IMG/VR virus record: IMGVR_UViG_3300029448_000019
Span: 4,155-68,154 of that record
Source of the DNA: a virus
Length of the DNA stretch: 64,000 nt
Direction: 5' to 3' (one strand)
Shown here: one piece after another, positions 1-10,115 of the stretch
Position numbering within the stretch: the stretch's first letter is position 1
Layout of the letters: each line of letters opens with the position of its first letter
Notes under the pieces: model-generated
Database searches by the model: none
What the model was told of the DNA's origin: nothing
The model's input: only the letters and a program-made list of their open reading frames with translations
Program-made: the position numbers and the translations under genes

Positions 1-583
1 GCTGGATAAACCAAATACCAATACCGATACATACGGACACGGATTATCATCTGTACCTGAAATGATAATTTTAAAAAGAACTGCAAGTTCTGATGATTGG
101 CACGTTTATCATAAAGATTTAGGTAATACAGTAAGAATAAGTTTAAATTCAAATGCTGCAAAAGTAACAGGCACAGGTGTATGGGCATCTACTACACCAA
201 CTGCTAGTTTATTTACATTACAAAATCAAACTGGTGGAGCACATATTGCTTATTGTTTCCACAGCGTAGCAGGATATAGTAAAGTAGCATATTATACTGG
301 GACGGGTAGTGCCTTTAATGTAACCTTAGGGTTTACTCCTGGCTGGGTGCTTATTAAAAGAGCTGATGGAGTTGGAAGTTGGACTATTTTTGATAATCAA
401 AGATCTAATGGGTTTGGACTTAGCCCTGACGATAATTATGGAAGTGCTTCGGGTGGTTATGATTACTCTAGTATAATACAATTATCAGGAACTGGAGCTG
501 CAGGAAAAATAGAACATCTAGGTGCATCTGCTACACTTAATACCGCTGGGAATAAATATATTTATTTAGCATTTTCAGCATAA
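1..583 (+). CDS. tail fibre / receptor-binding protein, C-terminal part (5' truncated)
   Basis: Frame is open from base 2 (LDKPNT...PEMIILKR). It contains the repeated module 'IILKR...W.VYH' / 'YCFHSVAGYSKV..YTG.G...LGF.P.W.LIKR' typical of marine phage fibres. Confidence 0.7.
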   Translation, partial: LDKPNTNTDTYGHGLSSVPEMIILKRTASSDDWHVYHKDLGNTVRISLNSNAAKVTGTGVWASTTPTASLFTLQNQTGGAHIAYCFHSVAGYSKVAYYTGTGSAFNVTLGFTPGWVLIKRADGVGSWTIFDNQRSNGFGLSPDDNYGSASGGYDYSSIIQLSGTGAAGKIEHLGASATLNTAGNKYIYLAFSA

Positions 584-596
584 AATTTAATTTAAT

Positions 597-1010
597 ATGG
601 CAAAAAAACGTTTTAAAGATACAGGCGTTGGGAAATTCTTATTAGAAAAAATACCCAACGTCGTTGGTGCAATTGCGGGTGATACACCTGTAGGTTCTGT
701 AATACAAGCTATTATAGGAGGTTCTGATATGTCAGAAGCTGATAAAAAAATTGCACTTAAAAAATTAGATATTGAAAGAGCTGAAATAGATGGTACAACA
801 AGACGCTGGGTGGCAGATGCGACTTCGGGTTCATGGCTTGCGGCAAATGTTCGTCCTTTAACTTTAGTTTTTTTAACAGTAAGTTACGTAGCCGGCTGGT
901 ATATGGGCTACCCTTTAGATTCTATAACCGGTCTTCTTACAATAGTAATTGGAGGTTATTTCGGATCGCGCGGAGTAGAAAAAGTATTTGGAAACAGTAA
1001 ACATAAATAA
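597..1010 (+). CDS. holin (3-TM, GTA-holin-like)
   Basis: SWLAANVRPLTLVFL...IVIGGYFGSRGVEK motif, hydrophobic helices, upstream of the endolysin. Confidence 0.75.
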   Translation: MAKKRFKDTGVGKFLLEKIPNVVGAIAGDTPVGSVIQAIIGGSDMSEADKKIALKKLDIERAEIDGTTRRWVADATSGSWLAANVRPLTLVFLTVSYVAGWYMGYPLDSITGLLTIVIGGYFGSRGVEKVFGNSKHK

Positions 1011-1156
1011 TGAGTGATTTAAAAATTTACGGAATATCCGTAAGCGGAATAACATTTTCTTTTCTGCCGGACATAAACCCAATACTACAAACCGTAGTAT
1101 TAGTTTTAACTATCGTTTATACTATTATAGGTATAACACAGAAATTAAAAAAATAA
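1010..1156 (+). CDS. small membrane protein in lysis cassette (48 aa)
   Basis: Translated by hand: MSDLKIYGISVSGITFSFLPDINPILQTVVLVLTIVYTIIGITQKLKK. It is TAATG-coupled to the holin and fills the gap to the endolysin. Confidence 0.6.
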   Translation: MSDLKIYGISVSGITFSFLPDINPILQTVVLVLTIVYTIIGITQKLKK

Positions 1157-1157
1157 A

Positions 1158-1502
1158 ATGAAATATTTTAATAAATCTGAATTTAGTAATTTTGATATGA
1201 TGGATGAAAAGCTTTTATCTATGTTAGATGAAATGCGAGAAATTTATGGTTATCCTATTAAAATTACATCGAGCTATAGAAGCCCTGAACACCCAATAGA
1301 AGCAGCAAAAAAACAGCCCGGTGAACACTCATACGGCGCGGCAGTTGATATTGTAAGCGACAGTGGTGGTAAAACATTTAGATTAGTTAAAGCTGCTATT
1401 GAAGTAGGTTTTACTAGAATAGGTATTAGTAGAAAAAAAGGATTTATACATTTAGGAATTGGTTATCCAAATGCTCCTGAAAAAACAATTTGGACATATT
1501 AA
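1158..1502 (+). CDS. endolysin, peptidase M15A family
   Basis: ITSSYRSPEH, EHSYGAAVDI and FIHLG zinc-peptidase motifs. Confidence 0.85.
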   Translation: MKYFNKSEFSNFDMMDEKLLSMLDEMREIYGYPIKITSSYRSPEHPIEAAKKQPGEHSYGAAVDIVSDSGGKTFRLVKAAIEVGFTRIGISRKKGFIHLGIGYPNAPEKTIWTY

Positions 1503-1512
1503 TAAAAATTTA

Positions 1513-1731
1513 ATGAAATTAATTAGAAAAATATCTATTGGCCAAGATTACAAGAATGAAGCAATGCATTATTCTGTAGGTCAAGAGGTTTATGGTGGAC
1601 ATACAATATGTGATATATTACAAGAAGAAAATTGCTATAAAATATTTATTAAAAAAAATGACGAGATATTGCCTTGGAAGCATTTTAATAATAATATGGC
1701 TATTTCAGTAGAGTATAATTTAGATTATTAA
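1513..1731 (+). CDS. hypothetical protein (72 aa)
   Basis: ATG at 1513 (MKLIRKISIG...) avoids overlap with the endolysin. Confidence 0.6.
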   Translation: MKLIRKISIGQDYKNEAMHYSVGQEVYGGHTICDILQEENCYKIFIKKNDEILPWKHFNNNMAISVEYNLDY

Positions 1732-1732
1732 A

Positions 1733-2311
1733 TTGCACTCAGTATACAATTATATCATTCAGTGTGATAATAGGTACAATAACTCTACAAAAATAGAAGA
1801 CAAGGAATTAATCTTAAATACTGAAATTACAGAAAGAGATTATCAATTTGTTAATAGAACAGGTATTATAATAGCAACGCCTTTGCTTATAAAAACGCCA
1901 GCAAAAAAGGGTGATAAAGTTATTTTGCATCATAATGTATTTAGAAGATGGTACGATATAAGAGGTATTGAAAAAAATTCATCTGCGTTCATAAATGAAA
2001 ATGAATACATAGTATCACCAGAAGAAGTATTCGCTTACAAAAGAAGAAGTAAATGGAATTGTTTTGATAACTTTTGTTTTGTTAAGCCAATAACTGAAGA
2101 ATCAAAATGGGACGGTTTAAAAGAAAAAGAATTGCAAGGAGTACTTGTGTATAGCAATAAGTATTTAAAAGGTTTAGGGCTATCCGAAGGCGACCTGGTA
2201 GGGTTTAAACCTAATTCTGAATACGAGTTTAATATAGATGGCCAAAAACTGTACAGAATTTTATCAAATTATATAAGCATAAACTATGGCGAGAAAACAA
2301 AGAATTATTGA
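1733..2311 (+). CDS. tandem GroES-like co-chaperonin
   Basis: Two GroES-like units: 'TGIIIATP..KKGDKVIL..EYIVSPEEVFA' and 'FCFVKP..QGVLVY..SEGDLVGFKPNSEYEFNIDGQKLYRI'. TTG start. Confidence 0.6.
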   Translation: MHSVYNYIIQCDNRYNNSTKIEDKELILNTEITERDYQFVNRTGIIIATPLLIKTPAKKGDKVILHHNVFRRWYDIRGIEKNSSAFINENEYIVSPEEVFAYKRRSKWNCFDNFCFVKPITEESKWDGLKEKELQGVLVYSNKYLKGLGLSEGDLVGFKPNSEYEFNIDGQKLYRILSNYISINYGEKTKNY

Positions 2312-2528
2312 TGCTGCTGAAAAAGCTTTAGTAGAACTTGAAAAAGTTATTAGACAAGAAATAAATTTACAAGAATTAGATCCTGAAAAAGCTAAAATAG
2401 CAGCACAAGCAAAATGGGTTGCAATTGATGACTCATTAAAGATTGTAGAAAAAATTGAACAATTATCTGAAGATAAACAAGAAAAAAAATCTGAAAAGTT
2501 TTTAGGTGTAGAAGATAGAATTAAATAA
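2286..2528 (+). CDS. putative terminase small subunit
   Basis: Short helical protein coupled directly upstream of TerL; assignment is positional. Confidence 0.45.
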   Translation: MARKQRIIDAAEKALVELEKVIRQEINLQELDPEKAKIAAQAKWVAIDDSLKIVEKIEQLSEDKQEKKSEKFLGVEDRIK

Positions 2529-4762
2529 TGTATAAACAAAATTTATATTCAATTCATACAGACCATTTAGACGATAAAAAAGTAAAAAATAAAAACAAAC
2601 ATAAAAAATACAATTACGGATATAATGAGGATTTAGATTGTGTAGTAATAAGTAAAGACGGTACTATAGGTGACATATATGAAATTCAAGGCCTAAAGAT
2701 AGCAATACCTAAAACTCCTAATAAAGTATACGGATCTGAAATTCAAAAAGAAGATCAAGTATTTACACAAAGGGAAAGGCCTGAATCTTTAAATAGAATA
2801 AAAAGTATATATGATTTCAAACTCAATAAAGAAAATGTTAAAGAAAAATATTATAAGTATATTAACGAAGAGTTTGATCGCCGTAATGATGGTTACTGGT
2901 TTATGTGTAACGGCACAAAAACCTACCTTACAGGATCGCACTATATGTATCTTAATTGGACAAAAATTGATGTGGGTGCACCCGACTTTAGACAAGCAAA
3001 CAAAATATTCTTTTATTTTTGGGAAGCATGCAAAGCAGACCCTAGATGTTATGGAATGTGCTATCTCAAAAACAGACGGTCTGGTTTTTCCTTCATGGCA
3101 AGCTCAGAAGCGGTTAACATTGCAACGACTACTAAAGATTCAAGATTTGGTGTGTTGTCAAAAACAGGGGCAGATGCTAAAAAAATGTTTACTGATAAGA
3201 TTGTACCAATATCCACAAATTACCCGTTCTTTTTCAAGCCAATACAAGATGGGATGGAAAGACCAAAAACAGAAATCTCTTATAAAGTACCATCAAGAAA
3301 GCTTACAAGGAATTCACTTAAAAGCACAGACACAGAAGAGGTTGAAATTGGGAAAGGGCTTGACACTACTATTGACTGGAAAAACACCGGGGACAACTCC
3401 TATGATGGAGAAAAACTTAAACTCTTGGTACATGATGAATCAGGGAAGTGGGAGCGTCCGGATAATATTTTAAATAACTGGAGAGTAACTAAAACATGCT
3501 TGCGATTAGGTTCAAAAATTGTAGGTAAGTGTATGATGGGATCAACGTCTAACGCTTTGAATAAAGGTGGAGATAATTTTAAAAAACTTTACTATGACTC
3601 AGACGTTACAAAAAGAAATCGCAATGGTCAGACTTCAAGCGGATTATATGCTTTGTTCTTACCTATGGAATGGGGCTACGAAGGATTTATTGACAAGTAT
3701 GGCTATCCTGTCTTCAACAGCCCACAGAAAGCGGTTGAAGGAATTGATGGTGAAAAAATATACACAGGAGTTATTGAGCATTGGGAAAACGAGGTTGAAG
3801 GTTTAAAAAATGATTCAGATAGTTTAAATGAATATTATAGACAATTTCCTCGTTCAGAAAAACACGCTTTTAGAGATGAAACATTAAATTCATTATTTAA
3901 TCTTACTAAGATATATGAGCAAATAGATTTTAATGAAGAGATGACATTTAAAGGCCACGTTATACAGGGCAATTTTAGTTGGGAAAAAGGTATTAAAGAT
4001 TCAAAAGCAATTTGGGTACCACAAAAAAAAGGCAGATTTAAATTAAGCTGGATTCCACCTAAGCATTTACAAAACAATATAATAGAAAAAAATGGTATAA
4101 AATATCCTGGTAATGATGGATTAGGTGCTTTTGGTTGTGACTCATATGACATATCAGGAACAGTAGGGGGTGGTGGTTCAAATGGAGCACTGCATGGATT
4201 AACTACTTTTTCAATGGTTAGTGATGTACCTATTAATAAGTTTTTTTTAGAATACGTTGCAAGACCTCAAACCGCTGAAATATTTTTTGAAGATGTTTTA
4301 ATGGCGTGTTCGTTTTATGGAATGCCAATATTGGCTGAAAATAATAAACCAAGACTTTTATATTATTTTAAAAGAAGAGGCTATAGAGGATTTTCAATGA
4401 ACCGCCCTGATAAATTAAAAGGTAATTTATCTAAAACAGAACTTGAATTAGGTGGTATACCTAATACATCTGAAGACATAAAACAAGCTCATGCTGCGGC
4501 TATAGAGTCATACATAGAAGAATATGTTGGCAAAAAAGAAAATAACCATGGTAATATGTATTTTCAAAGAACACTTGAAGATTGGGCAAAATTTGATATA
4601 TTAAAAAGAACTGCATTTGATGCATCTATTAGCAGCGGATTAGCAATAATGGCATGCAGAAAACATATGTATAGACCAGCAATGGAAAAACAAACAAAAA
4701 AATTAGATTTTTCTTTTTCTAAATATAAGAATGAGGGATTAAGAAGCGAATTAATTAAATAA
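2528..4762 (+). CDS. terL: terminase large subunit
   Basis: Walker A-like LKNRRSGFS, Walker B LLVHDESGKW, GSTSN coupling motif, nuclease FGCDSYD. Confidence 0.9.
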   Translation: MYKQNLYSIHTDHLDDKKVKNKNKHKKYNYGYNEDLDCVVISKDGTIGDIYEIQGLKIAIPKTPNKVYGSEIQKEDQVFTQRERPESLNRIKSIYDFKLNKENVKEKYYKYINEEFDRRNDGYWFMCNGTKTYLTGSHYMYLNWTKIDVGAPDFRQANKIFFYFWEACKADPRCYGMCYLKNRRSGFSFMASSEAVNIATTTKDSRFGVLSKTGADAKKMFTDKIVPISTNYPFFFKPIQDGMERPKTEISYKVPSRKLTRNSLKSTDTEEVEIGKGLDTTIDWKNTGDNSYDGEKLKLLVHDESGKWERPDNILNNWRVTKTCLRLGSKIVGKCMMGSTSNALNKGGDNFKKLYYDSDVTKRNRNGQTSSGLYALFLPMEWGYEGFIDKYGYPVFNSPQKAVEGIDGEKIYTGVIEHWENEVEGLKNDSDSLNEYYRQFPRSEKHAFRDETLNSLFNLTKIYEQIDFNEEMTFKGHVIQGNFSWEKGIKDSKAIWVPQKKGRFKLSWIPPKHLQNNIIEKNGIKYPGNDGLGAFGCDSYDISGTVGGGGSNGALHGLTTFSMVSDVPINKFFLEYVARPQTAEIFFEDVLMACSFYGMPILAENNKPRLLYYFKRRGYRGFSMNRPDKLKGNLSKTELELGGIPNTSEDIKQAHAAAIESYIEEYVGKKENNHGNMYFQRTLEDWAKFDILKRTAFDASISSGLAIMACRKHMYRPAMEKQTKKLDFSFSKYKNEGLRSELIK

Positions 4763-4764
4763 AT

Positions 4765-7170
4765 ATGGCAAAAACTACAGGGCAAGTTGCACAGTTTCCA
4801 AGCCAAGCTGTATCAGACTCAGAAAAAAAAACATCTGAGTATGGTTTAAAAGTGGCCAGGGCAATAGAACAAGACTGGTTTAATAAAGACCGAGGTAACG
4901 GCAGGTATTTCCAAGCTAGAGATGAATATCATAGATTACGACTTTATGCTAGAGGAGAACAATCAATAAGAAAATATAAAGATGAATTTGCTATAAACGG
5001 TGATTTATCTTATTTAAATCTTGATTGGAAACCTGTACCTATCATTCCTAAGTTTGTTGATATAGTTGTTAATGGAATGCAAGACAGGCTTTTTTCAATA
5101 AAAGCTTTTGCACAAGATACTATAGCTACCGGCAAAAGAACAAAATTTGTTGAAAATATACAAAGAGATTTAGCCGCTAAAGAAATATTAACTCAAATAG
5201 AAGCAGAGCTTGGCGTTAATGCTAGAAATATTCCAGAATCTGAATTACCAGCTAATACAGAAGAATTAGAACTTTACATGCAATTAAATTATAAACAAGG
5301 AATTGAAATTGCACAAGAACAAGCTATTGATAATATATTTTTAAGAAATAAATATAATGAATTAAAAAGAAGATTAGATTATGATTTAGCTGTATTAGGA
5401 ATATCTGCAGCAAAACATACATTTAATAATACAGATGGTATTGTTTTAGATTACGTTGATCCCGCTAATTTAGTTTGGTCTTATACTGAAGATCCTAATT
5501 TTCAAGATTGTTATTATTTTGGAGAGGTTAAAAAAATAAAAGTTAATGAATTAAAAAAACAATTTCCTAATTTAGATAATGAAGAAATATATGAATTAAC
5601 TAAAAAAGGCTCTAATTATACATCTTATAATGATATAAGTGATTATAATAATAACTATGAAGATGACTATAATACTTTAACTGTATTATATTTTAATTGG
5701 AAAACATGGGAAAACGATGTATATAAAATAAAAGAAACTTCTTCCGGTGCAAGCAAAGCTATTGAAAAAAATGATTCTTTTGACCCACCTAAAGATAAAA
5801 GAACTAGATTTCAAAAAGTTGCGCAGACTAGAGAAGTAGTATATGAAGGTGTATTTATTTTGGGGACAGACATTATTTTAAAATGGGAGAAAGCAACTAA
5901 TATGATTCGACCACAGTCTAATACTAATAAGGTTGTGATGAATTATATTGTAAGTGCTCCAAGATTATATAAGGGCAATGTAACCTCTCTTGTTTCAAAA
6001 ATGACTCCTTATGCAGATTTAATTCAATTAACACATTTAAAATTACAGCAAGCTATTCAAAGAATGACGCCTTCTGGTGTATATATTGATGCAGACGGTT
6101 TAGCTGAAATAGATCTTGGTAATGGTACAAGTTATAACCCACAAGAAGCTTTAAATATGTATTTTCAAACAGGATCTATTATTGGTAGATCATTAACTGT
6201 TGATGGAGATCCTAATCAGGGTAAAGTTCCTATACAAGAATTACCCGGAGGTGGTGGTAATCAAATACAAGTTTTAATAGCAGCATATAACCAGTATCTA
6301 CAAATGATACGGGATATTACCGGATTAAACGAAGCAAGAGACGGCTCTGATCCAGATCCAAAAGCATTAGTGGGAGTACAAAAATTAGCGGCTGCAAATA
6401 GTAATACTGCAACAAGACATATATTACACAGTAGCATGTATGTTACTTTATCATTAGCTGAAGCAATTTCTTTAAGGTTTAAAGATGTTTTAAATTATCA
6501 TCCTCAGAAAAAAGCATTTATATCAGCGTTAGGTAAATTTACTGTAGGTTCTTTAGAAGAATTAAAAGAACTGCATATGCATGATTTTGGTATATTTTTA
6601 GAGCTTGAACCTGACGTAGAAGAAAAATCATTATTGGAAGCTAATATACAAGGAGCATTGGCACAAAATAGTATATTTTTAGAAGATGCAATTGATATTA
6701 GAGCAATTAATAATACAAAATTAGCTAATCAATTATTAAAGTTTAGAAGAATTAAAAAAGATGCGACTGATCAACAAAAATCACAAGCTGCATCCGTAGC
6801 ACAAGCAGAAGCTCAGGGACAAGCACAAATACAAATTGAACAAGCTAAAGCTCAAGCTGAACAAATAAAAACAGATTCTAAAATACAAGTATCAAATGCT
6901 GAAAATGAATTTGATATTAAAAAATTAGAAGTTGAGGCAAGAACTAAAAGAGAATTAATGCAATTTGAGTATGATCTTAATGTACAATTAAAAGCATTAG
7001 AATTACAAGCACAAAAAGAATTAGTTGAAAAACAAAATGCTACTAAAGAAAAAATAGCTGTTTCAAAAATAACCGGTCCGCCGGCAACAGAAAAACCTAA
7101 AAAATCTTTTGAATCTAAAGGAAACGATGTATTAGGTGGGTTTGATTTATCAAGATTTGAACCTAAGTAA
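4765..7170 (+). CDS. portal protein
   Basis: 801 aa directly after TerL, PIIPKFVDIVVNG motif, C-terminal Q/A/E coiled coil (P22-like barrel). Confidence 0.85.
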   Translation: MAKTTGQVAQFPSQAVSDSEKKTSEYGLKVARAIEQDWFNKDRGNGRYFQARDEYHRLRLYARGEQSIRKYKDEFAINGDLSYLNLDWKPVPIIPKFVDIVVNGMQDRLFSIKAFAQDTIATGKRTKFVENIQRDLAAKEILTQIEAELGVNARNIPESELPANTEELELYMQLNYKQGIEIAQEQAIDNIFLRNKYNELKRRLDYDLAVLGISAAKHTFNNTDGIVLDYVDPANLVWSYTEDPNFQDCYYFGEVKKIKVNELKKQFPNLDNEEIYELTKKGSNYTSYNDISDYNNNYEDDYNTLTVLYFNWKTWENDVYKIKETSSGASKAIEKNDSFDPPKDKRTRFQKVAQTREVVYEGVFILGTDIILKWEKATNMIRPQSNTNKVVMNYIVSAPRLYKGNVTSLVSKMTPYADLIQLTHLKLQQAIQRMTPSGVYIDADGLAEIDLGNGTSYNPQEALNMYFQTGSIIGRSLTVDGDPNQGKVPIQELPGGGGNQIQVLIAAYNQYLQMIRDITGLNEARDGSDPDPKALVGVQKLAAANSNTATRHILHSSMYVTLSLAEAISLRFKDVLNYHPQKKAFISALGKFTVGSLEELKELHMHDFGIFLELEPDVEEKSLLEANIQGALAQNSIFLEDAIDIRAINNTKLANQLLKFRRIKKDATDQQKSQAASVAQAEAQGQAQIQIEQAKAQAEQIKTDSKIQVSNAENEFDIKKLEVEARTKRELMQFEYDLNVQLKALELQAQKELVEKQNATKEKIAVSKITGPPATEKPKKSFESKGNDVLGGFDLSRFEPK

Positions 7171-7199
7171 ACAATAGTTTAATTATTTTATTATATATT

Positions 7200-8489
7200 A
7201 TGGAAGAACAAGTACAAGTTAAAGCGGTTGAAGACAAACAAGAAACTTCACCCCAAGAAAAAGAAGCGGCTGTTTTAGAAACAGCTGTAAAGGAAGGAGA
7301 AGTAAGCCCTGATTATGGTTTGCAACCTGATGGTGTTTACAAAGTAAATTTAGATAAACCACAAAAACCAAAAGAGGATGCCGTTCAAAAGCAAAGCACA
7401 AATGAGGTATCTGTACGCGACGGATCCGAAACTAGCGAAAAGGTTCAAGAAGAAAACAAAGAAAAGCTTGAAGAACCTACCGGAAAAAATAAACAAGAAA
7501 AAGAAAATACGAGTAACAAAGAAGAACCGGAGGAAGAAATAGAATCGCCTTTAGAACTTGTTACAGATGAAAAAAATACAGCTGACGAGGCACAAGTAGA
7601 TACAGATACTAAAGAACCCGAGCTCGTACAAGAACAAAAAGAAATATTACCGGAAGCTAAAACACAAGAGCTTCCAGAAAATGTAGACAACCTTATAAAG
7701 TTTATGGAAGAAACCGGTGGCAGTCTTGAAGATTATGTTAATCTTAATAGAGACTTTTCATCAATGGATAACGTATCTCTTTTAAGAGAATATTATAAGT
7801 CTACAAAACCTCATCTTGATTCTGACGATTTAAATTTTTTAATGAATAAAAATTTTTCATATGATGAAGAAACAGATGAACCAACAGATATAAAAGCTAA
7901 AAAATTAGCTTTTAAAGAAGAACTTTATAACGCTCAAAAGCATTTTGACAATTCTAAGAAACAATATTATGCGGATCTTAAGTTAAGAAAGCAAGAAAAT
8001 ATTGATCCTAAGTATGTTAAGGCTATGGAGTATTATAACATTAAGCAACAAGAACAAGAAGATTGGTCAAAGCAACAAAAAACATTTTTAGATCGAACAG
8101 AAAAAGTTTTCAATAAAGATTTCAAAGGTTTTGATTTTCAGGTTGGTGAAAACAAATATCGATTTAAAATAGATAATACAGAAAATGTAAAAAAATACCA
8201 GTCAGATTTGAAAAACTTCATTAATGAATATATTGCTGAAGATGGAACTTTAGGTAATGCTAATGATTATCATAAAGCATTATTTGCAGGACGAAATGCC
8301 GATAAAATAGCTAATCACTTCTATGAGCAAGGCCGTGCCGACGCTATAAAAGAAGCTGCTAAAAAAGCTAATAATATTGACATGACTCCTCGAACAGATA
8401 ATTCTGTAGTTACTACATCTTCAGGCGATAAAATTAGAGTTGTTTCAGGTAATTCTTCGGATAAGTTGCGCATTAAATTTAAACAATAA
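7200..8489 (+). CDS. putative capsid scaffolding protein
   Basis: Very acidic disordered N-half and helical C-half, located between portal and MCP. Confidence 0.65.
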   Translation: MEEQVQVKAVEDKQETSPQEKEAAVLETAVKEGEVSPDYGLQPDGVYKVNLDKPQKPKEDAVQKQSTNEVSVRDGSETSEKVQEENKEKLEEPTGKNKQEKENTSNKEEPEEEIESPLELVTDEKNTADEAQVDTDTKEPELVQEQKEILPEAKTQELPENVDNLIKFMEETGGSLEDYVNLNRDFSSMDNVSLLREYYKSTKPHLDSDDLNFLMNKNFSYDEETDEPTDIKAKKLAFKEELYNAQKHFDNSKKQYYADLKLRKQENIDPKYVKAMEYYNIKQQEQEDWSKQQKTFLDRTEKVFNKDFKGFDFQVGENKYRFKIDNTENVKKYQSDLKNFINEYIAEDGTLGNANDYHKALFAGRNADKIANHFYEQGRADAIKEAAKKANNIDMTPRTDNSVVTTSSGDKIRVVSGNSSDKLRIKFKQ

Positions 8490-8512
8490 TAACAACTTAA
8501 AAATTTTAAAAT

Positions 8513-10048
8513 ATGGCTTTTACAAGTGGTGTTCCCGCTGCCTTACAACCAACTCAAACTAAGGCACTATATTCAGGGAACTATATCGATTTCACTGATT
8601 CAAGTTTTAATCAGTGGGCTCAACAATTTTTACCAGATGTATACGAGCAAGAAGTTGAAAGATATGGAAACAGATCTATCGGTTCTTTCTTACGTATGGT
8701 ATCTGCGGAGATGCCTTCTACTTCAGATCAAATTATTTGGACTGAGCAAGGTAGATTGCACACAAGATATGCAAATATCGTTTATTTAAGTAATTCTGGA
8801 ACTATGCCTACTAGTGGTACAACTCCAGGAACTGCTTCTGCAGTAACTACAGGTGGTAGTGTTGGAAACTTTTTTGTACCAACAGCTCAACCAACTAGCT
8901 TAGGCGTTACTTCACAGGGTACAACAGCTGTTAACTTTAGAAAAGGTCAAACAGTTATGATTCAAGCTCAAACAAGCGCAACATCTGCAATTGGAGGAAC
9001 TGGTGCTATGATTAAAGGTATTGTTACTAATGTTAGTGGACAATATTTTCAAGTCAAAGCTTATGGTGGTGTTCCTGCTATCACAAATGCACAAAGATTT
9101 ACTGCACTTGCTTATGGTTCTGAATTTGCAAAAGGATCTTCTAACTTTACTGAAAAATTAGATCCTAGCTATGCTACATTTAAAAACAGTCCTGTAATTT
9201 TAAAAGAGCACTATTCTATTAGTGGTTCTGATACTGCACAGATTGGCTGGATTGAAGTTACTTCTGAAAATGGAGCTAGCGGATATTTATGGTACTTAAA
9301 ATCTGAACACGAAAATAGATTACGTTGGGAAGATTATATGGAAATGACTATGGTTGAAGGTGTTAAACAATTAAACACTGGTGCAACTTTAGATTTTTAT
9401 GATTCTTCACTTACAGCAACTGCTAGAGGTACTGAAGGTTTCTTTGAAGCTATTGAAGCAAGAGGAAATGTATATTCAGGCTTTGGTGCACAAGCTGGTG
9501 GTGGTGGTGGTGCCTTAACTGATTTTGATGCTGTTTTAACTCAGCTAGACAAGCAAGGTGCTATTGAAGAAAACATGCTTTTCTTAGATAGAAATCTTTC
9601 TTTAGAAATTGACGATATTCTTGCACAACAAAATGGTGGATATTCTGGAGGTACATCTTTTGGAGTATTTAACAACAGCGAGGATATGGCATTAACTTTA
9701 GGATTTTCTGGATACAGAAGAGGTTCTTATGACTTCTATAAAACTGACTGGAAATACTTAAATGACTTTTCTACAAGAGGAGGTTTTGGTGATGTTGAAG
9801 GTGTATTAGTGCCTGCTGGTACTTCTACGGTTTATGACCAAGTTCTTGGTTCAAACATCAAAAGACCATTTTTACACATTAGATATAGAGCTTCTGAGAC
9901 TGAAAATAGAAAAAATAAGTCTTGGGTTACTGGATCTGTTGGTGGACCATCAAGTTCTCCAATTGACGAAATGAGAATGCACTATTTATCTGAAAGATGT
10001 TTAATCGTTCAGGGTGCAAACAATTTTGTATTATTCAAAGACGCTTAA
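8513..10048 (+). CDS. major capsid protein
   Basis: 511 aa after the scaffold and followed by a hairpin. EVERYGNR, WTEQGRLH and FYKTDWKYLND motifs resemble Bacteroidota podovirus MCPs. Confidence 0.85.
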   Translation: MAFTSGVPAALQPTQTKALYSGNYIDFTDSSFNQWAQQFLPDVYEQEVERYGNRSIGSFLRMVSAEMPSTSDQIIWTEQGRLHTRYANIVYLSNSGTMPTSGTTPGTASAVTTGGSVGNFFVPTAQPTSLGVTSQGTTAVNFRKGQTVMIQAQTSATSAIGGTGAMIKGIVTNVSGQYFQVKAYGGVPAITNAQRFTALAYGSEFAKGSSNFTEKLDPSYATFKNSPVILKEHYSISGSDTAQIGWIEVTSENGASGYLWYLKSEHENRLRWEDYMEMTMVEGVKQLNTGATLDFYDSSLTATARGTEGFFEAIEARGNVYSGFGAQAGGGGGALTDFDAVLTQLDKQGAIEENMLFLDRNLSLEIDDILAQQNGGYSGGTSFGVFNNSEDMALTLGFSGYRRGSYDFYKTDWKYLNDFSTRGGFGDVEGVLVPAGTSTVYDQVLGSNIKRPFLHIRYRASETENRKNKSWVTGSVGGPSSSPIDEMRMHYLSERCLIVQGANNFVLFKDA

Positions 10049-10062
10049 TATTTATATAAGTT

Positions 10063-10093
10063 TTACCCCCGTGTTTTATCGGGGGTAATTCTT
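10063..10093 (+). terminator. intrinsic terminator / hairpin after MCP
   Basis: 9-bp stem TTACCCCCG/CGGGGGTAA with an 8-nt loop, followed by TTCTT. Confidence 0.7.
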
Positions 10094-10115
10094 ATTAATC
10101 TTATTATATTATATT

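Noticed and set aside
2789-4806. Alternative-frame and antisense ORFs inside terL, and similar ones in nrdA, thyA, groEL and fibre genes
   Set aside because: These are shadow ORFs fully overlapping well-supported genes and have no motifs.
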